64,000 bases of DNA, taken from assembly GCA_963815195.1 (NCBI GenBank), contig CAWFGE010000006.1, positions 128,001 through 192,000 on the forward strand, in the 5' to 3' direction. Of this stretch, positions 53,988-64,000 are shown one piece after another. Below the pieces are notes generated by a model. That model saw nothing but the letters and a program-made list of their open reading frames with translations, ran no database searches and was not told where the DNA came from. This stretch comes from an uncultured Planctomycetaceae bacterium (GTDB taxonomy: Bacteria; Planctomycetota; Planctomycetia; Planctomycetales; Planctomycetaceae). Both the position numbers and the translations under genes were made by a program. Positions within the stretch are counted from its first letter, which is position 1; the number at the start of each line of letters is the position of its first letter.

Positions 53988-55177
53988 TTTGCGGTTGTTT
54001 TCTTCGCCAAGTCGAGATGCGGTTTCAAATCGGCCGCTTCATCAACACACCCCTGTGCGGCCTCATAAGACAAAGGATGCGACCGCGTAAGATAACCCTG
54101 CACAATCTCAGCGACCAGGGACGCCGCTTCCGGCCTCGCCAAACTTCGCATCGCGTGGTGCATGGTCGCACGGCGATCGGGCTGCGTCAATAACGGGCTG
54201 AGAGCTTCCGCCAGGACATCCGCCGTTTGCGCGGGTTCGCCGGATTGCTCAACCAACACCGCGCCGCTTCCGTCGGCGTAATACTCCGCATTCCGCTGTT
54301 GATGATTGCGGATCGAACCGGGGTACGGAATCAAAACCGCCGGCAGTCCATGCACCGCAAGTTCCGCCAGCGTCGTTCCGCCCGCGCGGGAGATCACAAG
54401 ATCGGCTTCTTGATAACGAACGTCCATATTCTCAAAAAACGCGTCACAAACCGGCTCGATGTCCAGTTTTGCATAGGCCTGTTTCACCCACTCCACTTGC
54501 TGGACGCCGGCTTGATGCACGATTCGCCAGCCGCGGACCGCGTCTTGCAAATTCGCCAACGCTTGGACCGTCGCTTCATTGACGCCCACGGCCCCTTGAC
54601 TGCCACCCAGCACGAGCAACGTGGGAACCGCATCCGGTCCGCGCGACGCACTTTTCGATGAATCCACAATTTCGCGGCGAAGCGGATTTCCCGTCACCAC
54701 GGCTTTATCAAGGCCCTGCCGATGGGGCAAAGGCGTGTCCGGGAACGACAAGCAGATTCGATCGGCAAACCTGAGCAGCCAATGATTGGCCCTGCCCAGC
54801 ACGGCGTTCTGTTCCAACAGGACAATCGGAATCCCGGATCGCCACGCCGCCAGCACCGTCGGCACGCTGGCAAATCCGCCCAGCCCCACGACCACGCTCG
54901 GAGATGTTCGCTCGATCAACGATCGTGCGGATCGATAAGCCCTATAGTTTGAAACCACCGCCGACCAGGGCGATTTCAGAAACGCCGTCGAGGGCCGAAA
55001 GGGCAACGCGACTTGCTCGAGTTGGTACTGGTCAAGAATGTGATTTTCTATCGCACGATCCGAGCCGACAAAGATGGAGCGAGAGGCAAAATCCTGCCGC
55101 GCCAGTTCATAGGCGACCGCCACACCCGGAAAGAGATGTCCGCCGCTCCCGCCGCCGGCAAATAAAACAGTGCCCAT
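53984..55177 (-). CDS. murG: MurG lipid I GlcNAc transferase
   Basis: AGGGSGGHLFPG, GLGGFAS, EQNAVLGRAN, GGSQGA, SRAGGTTLAE. Confidence 0.95.
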   Translation of the reverse strand: MGTVLFAGGGSGGHLFPGVAVAYELARQDFASRSIFVGSDRAIENHILDQYQLEQVALPFRPSTAFLKSPWSAVVSNYRAYRSARSLIERTSPSVVVGLGGFASVPTVLAAWRSGIPIVLLEQNAVLGRANHWLLRFADRICLSFPDTPLPHRQGLDKAVVTGNPLRREIVDSSKSASRGPDAVPTLLVLGGSQGAVGVNEATVQALANLQDAVRGWRIVHQAGVQQVEWVKQAYAKLDIEPVCDAFFENMDVRYQEADLVISRAGGTTLAELAVHGLPAVLIPYPGSIRNHQQRNAEYYADGSGAVLVEQSGEPAQTADVLAEALSPLLTQPDRRATMHHAMRSLARPEAASLVAEIVQGYLTRSHPLSYEAAQGCVDEAADLKPHLDLAKKTTAK

Positions 55178-55285
55178 CTTGGCGACACCTCGATGAAAGA
55201 CAGAGAACTCCGCTCGTGCTGCGTCAAACCAAAAACGTGGGACCGAACAAATCAGCCGCAGGGCGCTAGCCCCGGTTCATTCCGT

Positions 55286-56425
55286 TCATTCCTGAGCCAA
55301 CCGGACGCTAGCGCCTTCTTTCGGGTGATTGGATACTGCGTTGGAACCGCCATCTGAGGAAAGCCCTAAAACAATGCCGATCCCCGCCAGACTCACGATG
55401 AGATTGCTCCCGCCATAACTAAGAAACGGATGCGAGATCCCCTTGGGCGGCAAGACCGCCGTCACGACCGCCGTGTTAATCGCCGCTTGAAGCACAAGTT
55501 CGAAAAGCAAAGTCAATCCGACGATATATTGATAACTGCCTCGGTCCTGCCGGCGAAGAACAGAATAGCCCGCCAACAGCAAACAGCACCAGATCCCGAC
55601 AAGGCACAGGGTTCCTAAGAGTCCGAGTTCCTCCCCGACGACGGAAAACACAAAGTCGGTATTGGCCTCCGGGAGAAAGCTCAGCTTCTGCCAGCCCCTG
55701 CCGACGCCCACCCCGTCCACGCCCCCCGCGCCGAGTGTCAGCAGCGATTGCCGGATTTGATAGGGGGCCTGGTTGACATCCCGCCAGGTGTCAAGAAACC
55801 CCTGGATCCGTGACAGTTGATAGGGCCGCATACTAAATACTAGCCCAGCGCAAGGCGCCGCAGCCGCCAGACCGATGACATAATTCCTGAAAGGCCAGCC
55901 GCCCAGCCAAAGGAGCAAAGCCCCGGTGATACTTAAGAACAAGGTTGTTCCCAAATCGGGTTCCACAAGGACCAAAGGGGCGAGTAGCAAAAGCGGGGCA
56001 AGCAAGGGAGCCGTGCCCCAAAACCAATGCCGGATCGATGGCCGGTATTGAATCAGAATGCGGCCCATAAACAAGGGCAATGTAATCTTCGCAATTTCCG
56101 AGGGCTGAACGGAAATCCCGCCCGCGCGCAACCACCGCCGGGCGCCATTGACTTGCGTCCCGATCCCCGGCACAAGAACCAGGATCAACAAAACCAATGT
56201 TAGAACGAACAAATAGGGCGAAACCGCCCGCCAAAACCGCGGCGGACACAGCGAGCACATACCGCCGATGCCCGCCGCAAGAACCAGGAACACGGCGTGC
56301 CGGGTCAAATAGACTTGCTCGAAGGTGTTCGGCCAGGATGTGATGCTGGCGCTATGGACCATGATCAGCCCAAAGCCCACCAACACACCGGTCAAGGAAA
56401 TGAACAAGCCTTTGCTCGAATGCAC
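55286..56425 (-). CDS. ftsW: SEDS protein FtsW
   Basis: NGARRW, QPSEIAK, EPDLGT, LPEANTDFVFSVVGEELG, PFLSYGGS; located between mraY and murG. Confidence 0.85.
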   Translation of the reverse strand: MHSSKGLFISLTGVLVGFGLIMVHSASITSWPNTFEQVYLTRHAVFLVLAAGIGGMCSLCPPRFWRAVSPYLFVLTLVLLILVLVPGIGTQVNGARRWLRAGGISVQPSEIAKITLPLFMGRILIQYRPSIRHWFWGTAPLLAPLLLLAPLVLVEPDLGTTLFLSITGALLLWLGGWPFRNYVIGLAAAAPCAGLVFSMRPYQLSRIQGFLDTWRDVNQAPYQIRQSLLTLGAGGVDGVGVGRGWQKLSFLPEANTDFVFSVVGEELGLLGTLCLVGIWCCLLLAGYSVLRRQDRGSYQYIVGLTLLFELVLQAAINTAVVTAVLPPKGISHPFLSYGGSNLIVSLAGIGIVLGLSSDGGSNAVSNHPKEGASVRLAQE

Positions 56426-56580
56426 GTTTGGAGAATCCTCGATGTCGAGTCCGTGGAAAAGGGCGGGAGCCGATCCCGCTGAATTGCTTCAGCTGGATCG
56501 GCTCCCCAAATCCCTCTCTCCCTAACGCTTCATCAAATCTTCAGTGTTTTCAACTTTATGTTTTGGATGCCAATTAAAAG

Positions 56581-57684
56581 TCAACGGATTTTCAAACTGG
56601 CGATCGCCATGATGGACAGTAAGGCTGAACCGATCCAAAACCGCACAACGATTTTCATTTCGTGCTGTCCTTTGAACAAATAGTGGTTGTGCAAAGGGCT
56701 GCAGGCGATCAACCGTTTCTTGGTGAGACGAAACCAGCCGACTTGCATAATCACGCTGATTGCCTCTAGAACAAAAATCCCTCCACAGACCACAAGCAGC
56801 ATTTCATGCCGAGAGGCTAACGCCCCGAAAGCCAACAGTGCGCCGAGCGACAGCGAACCGGTGTCTCCCATAAAGACTTCCGCGGGATAACAGTTAAACC
56901 ACAGAAATCCCAGCATCGCTCCGACCATCGCACCTAATACGACCGCCAATTCCCCGCACCCGTTGACATAAGGAATACTCAAGTAACCCGCGAGAGCATG
57001 GTGCCCCGTGATATAGGTCAGACCCACAAAGGTGAGCCCCGCGAAGATTAAACATCCCCCGGCCAGACCGTCCAGGCCATCTGTGAGGTTGACGGCGTTC
57101 AAAGCGCCGACAATGACAAAGGCGGACCAGACAATTGATAGGATTCCCAAGGAAATTACGTAATTGCCGACCGGCCAGACGATTCCCAGCGGTTCTTCGT
57201 TATAAGTTTGGAGCTGATAGAGCCCCGCGGCCGTCAGGCATGATAAACCGATTTGCCAAAACAACTTCTGCCGAGATGTTAAACCGTTTCGTGTTGTACT
57301 GAGTTTGATCCAATCGTCAAGAGCGCCTAAGCAGGCAAAAGCGATCACGACGAACAACGCAAGTTGAATGAAATGGTTGGCCAGGTTTGCCCAGAGAAAG
57401 GTTGCAATGACAATGGCGGCGACGATAAACATTCCACCCATGGTGGGCGTGGAGGCTTTGGGCGCTTGAATTTGATTCAACCGTTCCGAGGCGCTGTCGA
57501 TACGTTCTTGAAATCGGCGTTTCAGCCAGGAGATCGCGATCGGGCCCAATCCAATGGCCAGCAGGAATGACGTCACGCTCGCGAGGGCAATCCTGGCGGT
57601 GAGGAACACTCTCGAATCGCCGGTCGAGTGGTTGGCCACCTGCCGGAAGAGCGATCCAAATTCGCTAAGTAACCAGTAAATCAT
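56581..57684 (-). CDS. mraY: Phospho-MurNAc-pentapeptide translocase
   Basis: TPTMGG, LDDWIK, NAVNLTDGLDGL, VFMGDTGS, PLHNH. Confidence 0.95.
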   Translation of the reverse strand: MIYWLLSEFGSLFRQVANHSTGDSRVFLTARIALASVTSFLLAIGLGPIAISWLKRRFQERIDSASERLNQIQAPKASTPTMGGMFIVAAIVIATFLWANLANHFIQLALFVVIAFACLGALDDWIKLSTTRNGLTSRQKLFWQIGLSCLTAAGLYQLQTYNEEPLGIVWPVGNYVISLGILSIVWSAFVIVGALNAVNLTDGLDGLAGGCLIFAGLTFVGLTYITGHHALAGYLSIPYVNGCGELAVVLGAMVGAMLGFLWFNCYPAEVFMGDTGSLSLGALLAFGALASRHEMLLVVCGGIFVLEAISVIMQVGWFRLTKKRLIACSPLHNHYLFKGQHEMKIVVRFWIGSALLSIMAIASLKIR

Positions 57685-57743
57685 TTGTGGAACAACAGGT
57701 GCGGGATGAAATCGGTGGAACGTCGGAATAGGGTCTTGTATCT

Positions 57744-57775
57744 CCGGGTGCCGGGGAAGGTTCCCCGGCACCCGG
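57744..57775. repeat. Perfect hairpin between murF and mraY (REP-related or terminator-like)
   Basis: CCGGGTGCCGGGGAA-GG-TTCCCCGGCACCCGG. Confidence 0.75.
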
Positions 57776-57981
57776 TCGTTTCGGTTCTGTTGTTAAGCGG
57801 CCGATGGAGTGATTGACCCAGAAATCACTAAATCCATTGCCTCAATGCTTGCGGCTGGCAAGCCAGCGCCACGTCGGATCCCCGCAAACCCAAACGCAAA
57901 CAACAAAACCGACAAGTTAGATTCCTTAATCGGTATGACAGATGCTAACGCGATCCGCTTTTTAGTGAACGACGACAGAGT

Positions 57982-59388
57982 TTATGCGGCGGTTTCGATT
58001 TTTGTTTCTCGTTTTGTGTTTTGTGTTTTAAGTCCTTCGGCGACGCGCTCCATCTGCATTCCACGAGAACCTTTAATAAGAACGACATCGCCGGTGTTGA
58101 GTTGATCTTGAAGCGTCTCTAGGATTTCGTCGTGTTTCTCGAACTTCAAAACGGTTGTTTTACTGGGTTTAGTCCGGCTTGCTCCGAGGTGGACCTGTTC
58201 CGCGTACCTCCCCAAAACGTAGAGAAAATCGATCTGAAGGGAGGCGGCGAGTTCGCCGAGTTGCTCGTGGTGACCGGCGGATTCGCCGCCCAATTCCAAC
58301 ATGTCTCCTAGCACAAAAAATCGTCGCCCGGCTGTGTTCCAGGCGGCCAGCATTTCGCAGGCGGCCCGGCAGGAATCCGGATTGGCATTATATGTATCGT
58401 TGATGATTGTCCAAGGACGAAATTGCTCAACCTGGCAGCGGCCGGCGACGGGCTGGAACTCGGCAAAACCTTGCTGAATTTCCTCCGGCGTATAGCCTAA
58501 TTCCGTTCCGACGGCAATCGCGAACAGCGCTGCGGTTACGAAATGCCGTCCCGCGACCGGGAGTTGAAAACAATGATTGTGAACTTGGAAACAAACAGCA
58601 GGATTTGAAGATTCGATGTGAGTGGCTTGATAGGTGTTTCCTGGACCTCGGCCGACCGTGATGGTCCGGCACTGGGCCCGCTCCTCAAGTTGGCTTCGCC
58701 AAGGGCTGTCGCCGGGAAGGATGGCCAGGCCGTCCTCCGGCAGTCCCGCGAAGAGGTCGCCTTTAGTTTGTACGATTTGCTCGACGTTTTGAAAACCTGC
58801 GATATGCGCCGGGCCGACGCCCGTGATGATTCCGATTTGAGGCGAAGTGATCTCGGCTAAAGGGGCGATGTCGCCCGGTTTCCCGGCTCCCATTTCCACG
58901 ATGAGAAACTGATGGTGTTGTTCAATATCGAGGAGGGTCAGGGGAACGCCGATCTCGTTGTTATAGTTGTGCTGGTTTCGCAGTCCTTGATGTCGGGTTT
59001 GTAACACTCGATAGATCAGTTCGCGAGTCGTTGTTTTTCCGTAACTTCCGGTAACGCCGATCGCCTGGATGTCAAATTGTGCTCGATGCCATTTCGCGAG
59101 ATTCTGAAGTGCGGTGCTGGTATCTGGAACATGGATGAGGGGACGTGCCGGGTTCGCGGCGATTCGATCGTCGTGATTGACGATGCAGGCGGAAGCGCCC
59201 TTTTCGATGGCGTCTTGGACAAAGTTGTGGCCGTCGTGGTTTGATCCTCGAATTGCCCAGTAGACTTCGCTGGGCTGGAGTCTTCGAGTATCAATGCTGA
59301 TTTTCGAGATATGAGTCGGTAAGTTGGCTTCGGAATCGGTTTGGCCGTTGATGGCTTCGAGAAAGGTCGATAAAGGAACCGCATTCAT
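57982..59388 (-). CDS. murF: MurF D-Ala-D-Ala adding enzyme
   Basis: GVTGSYGKTTT, NNEIGVP, INDTYNANP, GDMLELG, KGSRG. Confidence 0.95.
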   Translation of the reverse strand: MNAVPLSTFLEAINGQTDSEANLPTHISKISIDTRRLQPSEVYWAIRGSNHDGHNFVQDAIEKGASACIVNHDDRIAANPARPLIHVPDTSTALQNLAKWHRAQFDIQAIGVTGSYGKTTTRELIYRVLQTRHQGLRNQHNYNNEIGVPLTLLDIEQHHQFLIVEMGAGKPGDIAPLAEITSPQIGIITGVGPAHIAGFQNVEQIVQTKGDLFAGLPEDGLAILPGDSPWRSQLEERAQCRTITVGRGPGNTYQATHIESSNPAVCFQVHNHCFQLPVAGRHFVTAALFAIAVGTELGYTPEEIQQGFAEFQPVAGRCQVEQFRPWTIINDTYNANPDSCRAACEMLAAWNTAGRRFFVLGDMLELGGESAGHHEQLGELAASLQIDFLYVLGRYAEQVHLGASRTKPSKTTVLKFEKHDEILETLQDQLNTGDVVLIKGSRGMQMERVAEGLKTQNTKRETKIETAA

Positions 59389-59405
59389 GGGGTTGGTCGA
59401 TCGTC

Positions 59406-60901
59406 TCAGGCGGAAATACGGATGGGCGGGTTCGCCAGGAGTTGGCGGATGACTTCTCGATCGTCAAAGTCGAATCGTTGATCGCCTAGGATTTGATAGT
59501 CTTCGTGTCCCTTGCCGGCGACGAGGATGGTGTCGCCGGGTTCGGCGGATTCCAGGGCGAACTGGATTGCAAGTTTGCGATCCGGTTCGATCCGCACATC
59601 GGTTTTCATGTCCTGAAAGCCTATCAGGATGTCGTCAATAATCTGATGGGGGTCTTCGGAACGGGGATTGTCGTTCGTCAGGATGACCAGGTCCACACCC
59701 TGTGTTGCCGACGCGAACAGGGGCCGTTTCGTTCGATCCCGGTCGCCGCCGGCTCCGAAGACGCAAATCAACCGGTTCTCCGTCAAGGGTCTTAATGTTT
59801 CCACGCATCGCCTGAGCGCATCGTCGGTGTGGGCATAGTCCACAAAAACTCGATAGTCTTGTCCGGCCCTCACCGCTTCCATTCGTCCGGGGATGAATGG
59901 CAGTTGTTCCAGGCCTTTCGCGATGATGTCTGGGGAGATGCCCAGGTGATGGGCCGCCGCTGCGGCGGCCAGGCAGTTTTCGATGTTGTGTCTTCCGATC
60001 AGGTTGGTTCGGACGGGGATCGTTTGCCGGCGCAGGTGCAGCAGAAATCGGCTGCCCGCGAGGGACGTTTGGATCGACGTGGCCCGCACGTCGGCGGAGT
60101 CGCTCCATCCGTAGGAGATAATTCTTAGGGTCTCTGGAATGTTTGATTTGATGGACCAGGCGGTTTGATCGTCCCGATTGAGCACGACGGCCCCGTCGGT
60201 TTTCGCCTGTCGGATGATCCGGGCCTTGGCGTCCCGGTAGGATTCCAATGTTTTGTGATAATCGAGATGATCGCGAGTGATGTTCGTGATGACCGCCACA
60301 TCCAGTTCCACACCTTCGGTGCGGCCCTGGTGGATGGCGTGGCTTGATAGTTCAAACGCCGCGTGCGTGGTTTGGTTCTCGACCATCCGGCTGAGCCATT
60401 GCGCGAACGCGTGCGGATCGGGGGTGGTCAATCGGGCGGTCTCGGAGGAGAGGCCGTCATGATATTCGATGGTGCCGAGAAGGCCGGCCTGATGGTTCGC
60501 CGCCCTGAGAATCGAGCGGACGAGATAGGTGGTTGTGGTTTTTCCGTTGGTGCCGGTGACGCCCACGGTCTTCATGCGCGGCTGGGCATGCCGAACAGGG
60601 CCTGGCAAAGTTTGGCATACGCCGGCCGCACGTGCGGGACGACGCATTGAGGAACGGGAACGTCCGGGTGAGGCCGCTCGCAAAGCAGCGATTTCGCTCC
60701 CTGCGAGACGGCTTCTTTTATAAACACGTTTCCGTCCACCCGGCTACCGGGTATGGCCGCGAACAGGCAGCCGTCCGTGCAATGCCGGCTTTGTTCCGAC
60801 GCGGCCGTGACGGAAATGTCCGCACACCCCACGAAACTGGCGGAGGGAAACAGTTGTCGCAAACTCACGGGATGTCGATTTTTGAGATTGGGAACCCACA
60901 T
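59406..60901 (-). CDS. murE: MurE ligase; frameshift near 60578
   Basis: GVTGTNGKTTT, ELSSH, DHLDYH, VDYAHT, DNPR (the motif typical of meso-DAP-adding MurE), AGKGHE. Confidence 0.95.
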
Positions 60902-61297
60902 CAAACCCGACTCCGACCCGTGAAACCGTGTTGCTGATTTTTGAAGTTTTTAAGAGAGAAGCTGCTTTAGGAATTGTGCCTGGGAGTCTTAAAGGTTTTC
61001 CCTCAAAGGCGGGGGGATTTTCTCGATTCTCGCGAAATCGTCAAGCCGGTTTTGGCCAAATTTCACTCGACTTGTAAACGTTACACGGATTGTCAAAGCC
61101 GCCTTCACTTGGCCCGCGAATTGCTTTCTGCGGACGGGCGGAAATCCTGAAGGGACGTGATAAGGACTGGCGAAACAATCAGCCGCTGGCGCGCCAGTCC
61201 GGTTTCGCCTGGGAAAAACGAAACCGCCGGCCAGCGCCCGGCGGCAGATGGATGCGACCGGCTCTAACGCGGCCGAGAATTCTGGAGTGAAGAAGCG

Positions 61298-63136
61298 TCA
61301 ATACCTCGGCAAAGTCAAGACGCCGTCCCAGTCCGGTGGCGGTTCGTAGTCGTTTTGCGCGATGAAGATCAACAGAAAATCCTTGGCGCGGTCGTCGGGC
61401 GGCAGGTGGGACAGGTGCTTTAACGCGTCGGGCCAGCGGCCTTCGGTGACGGCATCCACGGCGGCTTCGTATTCGGCGATGTGCTCGTCCGTCAGCGACG
61501 ATCCTTGATGCACCGGCGGCAAGAGTTCCGAAATCACGGCAGGGGATTCCAGACCCGGCAACCGCACGCGGCCCAGCCGCCGGCATCGGCCCTCGTCCGG
61601 CGCAAGTTGTTCCCGCACGACTTCGGCCGCGGCTTCGTCGAGAATGATCGACGCCCGAAACATTTTGGTCAATGATTCCAGCCGCGCGCCGCGTTCGACG
61701 ACCGGACCAAACGCCCCGACCTTGGCGTGGTCTTCGGTCCCGATCTTTCCCGCGAGTGCCCGCCCGTGGGCGATGCCGACGCCGATCCTGAGGTCCGCGA
61801 GCGGCCCCGTGCCGACTTCGCGGGCTTTGCGAAATTCCTCCTGGATCAACAGGGCCGTGCGGCACGCGGGCAGCGGTCCGCCGGGGGCATCGAACGGCCA
61901 GCCCCAGAATCCGAGGGCCGAGTCGCCCTGGTAATCGCCCACCACGCCGTCGTAGCGGAAGATGCTTCGCGTCATCACGCCGAGGGCCCGGCTGACTTGA
62001 TCGAGCAACTGAGGCAGCTTGTGCCGGGCCTGTTCGGCGCGGCGGGAGAAGCCGCGCAAATCGCAGACCAGCACCGTGATGTCGCACTGCCGGGGCGAGA
62101 GCACGTGCGGATCGTGGGATTCATTGAGCCATTCCATGATGTTCGGCGAGAAGAAATGGCCGAGCACGCCTTGCTGCTGTTGGAGCAATCGCACCTGCCG
62201 CGTCGCCCCCACGAATTGGGCCAGAAGCTCGACGAACCGCACGTCCGGCTTGAGTTCGTCCAGGCTCACAATCGCCTGCCCGCCCATGGCAAATTTCCCG
62301 GTGACGTACAAGCACCACTCGCGTTGCCTGCGGTCCGGCACCGGCACGCAAATCGCCCATTCCAGATTGAGCGAGTTCGTCGCCTCCTCGTCGCAGGCAT
62401 CGAGATCGATGGGGAGGCCCCCCGCGTCGGCCCACTGCTGAACCCGGCTGGTGCCTTCCTTGAGGGCCGCGCGAACCAGCCGCCGGCTGGGGCGGAACTC
62501 TCCCTTGCCGTCGCGGAGGACACTGCGGACCAGGTCGAATTCCAACTCGCCGCTTTGCTCCGGCGTGCTGCAGCGGATTACCGCCGCGGCCTGCCCCAGC
62601 GGAATCGTCGGCAACAACAGCGCGACCAACTGCTTGGCGAACTCCGCATCCGTCCGCGACTCGGCCAGGAGCTTGGGCAGCTTCGAGAAGACTTCCATGC
62701 GGTCGCCGGCGTTGCCGAACTCGGCGGCGCGGAGTTCCTCCAGCGAATACACCCGCTCGGTGAGCGAGGTGGGATCGATGTCGGATTGCGAGTCGCGGGC
62801 GATGGGGTCGATCGTGTCTTCCTCCGCCTCGAAACGGAACAGCGTCGAGCCGATGCGAAACAGCCCGCCCGCCGGCAGCGTGAATTGATACTCTTGGGCG
62901 ATATTCTCCACATAGATCGGATTCCGGCTGCGGGGCAGACGGCGAATTTCGAGGCCGCCGCCCCGGTACACGACCTCGGCGTGGCTCCGCGAGATCAGCC
63001 GGTCCCACGGAATCGCCCAGCCCGTTTCGCCCGGCTCGACTTCCGGCGCACGGCCCACCCGCACGAACTGGCCTTCGCATAATTCCAATCGCAAGAATTG
63101 GGAGGATTCGGCTCCCTCGGCAATCAATTCGGCCAA
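61298..63136 (-). CDS. FHA-domain class III nucleotide cyclase
   Basis: FHA (VGR...ISRSHA...SRN); cyclase CDLRGFS, GDSALGFWG, GVGIAHG, ARLE. Confidence 0.85.
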   Translation of the reverse strand: MAELIAEGAESSQFLRLELCEGQFVRVGRAPEVEPGETGWAIPWDRLISRSHAEVVYRGGGLEIRRLPRSRNPIYVENIAQEYQFTLPAGGLFRIGSTLFRFEAEEDTIDPIARDSQSDIDPTSLTERVYSLEELRAAEFGNAGDRMEVFSKLPKLLAESRTDAEFAKQLVALLLPTIPLGQAAAVIRCSTPEQSGELEFDLVRSVLRDGKGEFRPSRRLVRAALKEGTSRVQQWADAGGLPIDLDACDEEATNSLNLEWAICVPVPDRRQREWCLYVTGKFAMGGQAIVSLDELKPDVRFVELLAQFVGATRQVRLLQQQQGVLGHFFSPNIMEWLNESHDPHVLSPRQCDITVLVCDLRGFSRRAEQARHKLPQLLDQVSRALGVMTRSIFRYDGVVGDYQGDSALGFWGWPFDAPGGPLPACRTALLIQEEFRKAREVGTGPLADLRIGVGIAHGRALAGKIGTEDHAKVGAFGPVVERGARLESLTKMFRASIILDEAAAEVVREQLAPDEGRCRRLGRVRLPGLESPAVISELLPPVHQGSSLTDEHIAEYEAAVDAVTEGRWPDALKHLSHLPPDDRAKDFLLIFIAQNDYEPPPDWDGVLTLPRY

Positions 63137-63355
63137 CCGAGTTCGTTCCTTGGTGAATGCGACAACCGCAAGATGTGGGCCCGCGGCGGGATGATGGGAA
63201 ACGCGGCGGGCGAAACTCCGAAAACCTCCGGCAAACTTCGCTCTCCGCGCTGGCTCAGCCTCCGCAACTTCCTAGAATGTACCGGAAAAAAGAACACCCA
63301 ATCAAGTGGCTTTTCGCCGCAGTTTCCTCAACATCCCGCGAAAGCACGATCCGCG

Positions 63356-64000
63356 ATGTCTCCAGCAAGTGAGTTCACGATCCAAGACGCCGGGCGTTTT
63401 GCCCGGCTCGCGCTCGACTGCGTGGATCGCGAGTACCCCAACCACATCGTGCATCTCTTGGAAACAAACGAGGATGCGCGGCCGCCCCGCGAATTGACGC
63501 CGGTGTTCTTCGGCTGCTTCGATTGGCATTCGGCGGTGCATGGGCATTGGACCCTGGTGCGGTCGCTGCGGTTGTTCCCCGATGCCGAATGGGCCGGGGA
63601 AACGCGTGCCCGTTTGAACGCCCACTTCACCGACGAACCCATCGCGGGAGAACAGAAGTATCTAAGCTGTCCAAAGCGTGCCGGCTTTGAGCGGCCTTAC
63701 GGTTTGGCATGGCTGTTGCAACTCGCGGCCGAGTGCCGGGAATGGAACGATCCCGACGCCCAGACCTGGGCCGAGCGATTGGCCGTTTTGGAGAACGTGG
63801 CCGTGGGGCGGTTCACGGATTGGCTGCCGAAGCTCACGCACCCCGTCCGGTCGGGCGAGCACAGCCAAACCGCGTTCGCCCTGGGGCTCGTTTACGATTG
63901 GGCGCTCGAAGCCCAAAACACCGAGGTGCAGGAACTCATCGCGGCACGGGTCCGGGCGTTCTATCAAAACGACCGGAACGTCCCGATCGCCTATGAACCC
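63356..64000 (+). CDS. DUF2891 family protein, partial (runs off the window)
   Basis: Manual translation: REYPN...FFGCFDWHSAVHGHW...FERPYGLAWLLQL...GEHSQTAF. Confidence 0.85.
   Translation, partial: MSPASEFTIQDAGRFARLALDCVDREYPNHIVHLLETNEDARPPRELTPVFFGCFDWHSAVHGHWTLVRSLRLFPDAEWAGETRARLNAHFTDEPIAGEQKYLSCPKRAGFERPYGLAWLLQLAAECREWNDPDAQTWAERLAVLENVAVGRFTDWLPKLTHPVRSGEHSQTAFALGLVYDWALEAQNTEVQELIAARVRAFYQNDRNVPIAYEP

Noticed and set aside
1..60901. Many split genes (esterase, A2M x2, glcF, TgpA, ileS x3, murE and others) as pseudogenes or programmed frameshifts
   Set aside because: They are 1-2 nt indels, often in short homopolymer or dinucleotide runs, and they hit essential genes with otherwise intact motifs. 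Sequencing error is the simplest explanation; read polishing would settle it.

Overview
GC-rich bacterial chromosome segment, most likely from a planctomycete. This is inferred from DUF1501, DUF1559-like, TIGR02996 and planctomycete-type ECF sigma genes and from a reduced dcw cluster. Most of it is housekeeping or envelope genes: alpha-2-macroglobulin, CoA-transferase, glcEF, MoxR, a GroES-like protein, trpBA, TgpA, ileS, murE-murF-mraY-ftsW-murG and an FHA-cyclase. A probable 6S RNA sits at about 3.9-4.1 kb. About a dozen 1-2 nt frameshifts, several in essential genes, look like uncorrected long-read errors rather than pseudogenes. Two regions stand out. (1) A ~4.9 kb island (13984-18888) with no integrase is bracketed by a 50-bp direct repeat and divided by REP/REPIN palindromes. 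It holds a nested 167-bp direct repeat, a near-identical copy of the 3' end of the flanking DUF1501 gene, an uncharacterised HicAB-like pair, four tiny membrane proteins and an sRNA candidate defined by a promoter and terminator. (2) The isoleucyl-tRNA synthetase carries an in-frame 111-bp REPIN, a 36-bp Ser/Gly tandem repeat and a Gly-rich insert in its CP1 editing domain, and it has non-canonical GVHH and PMHKS signature motifs. All family calls come from reading motifs by eye; no database searches were run.
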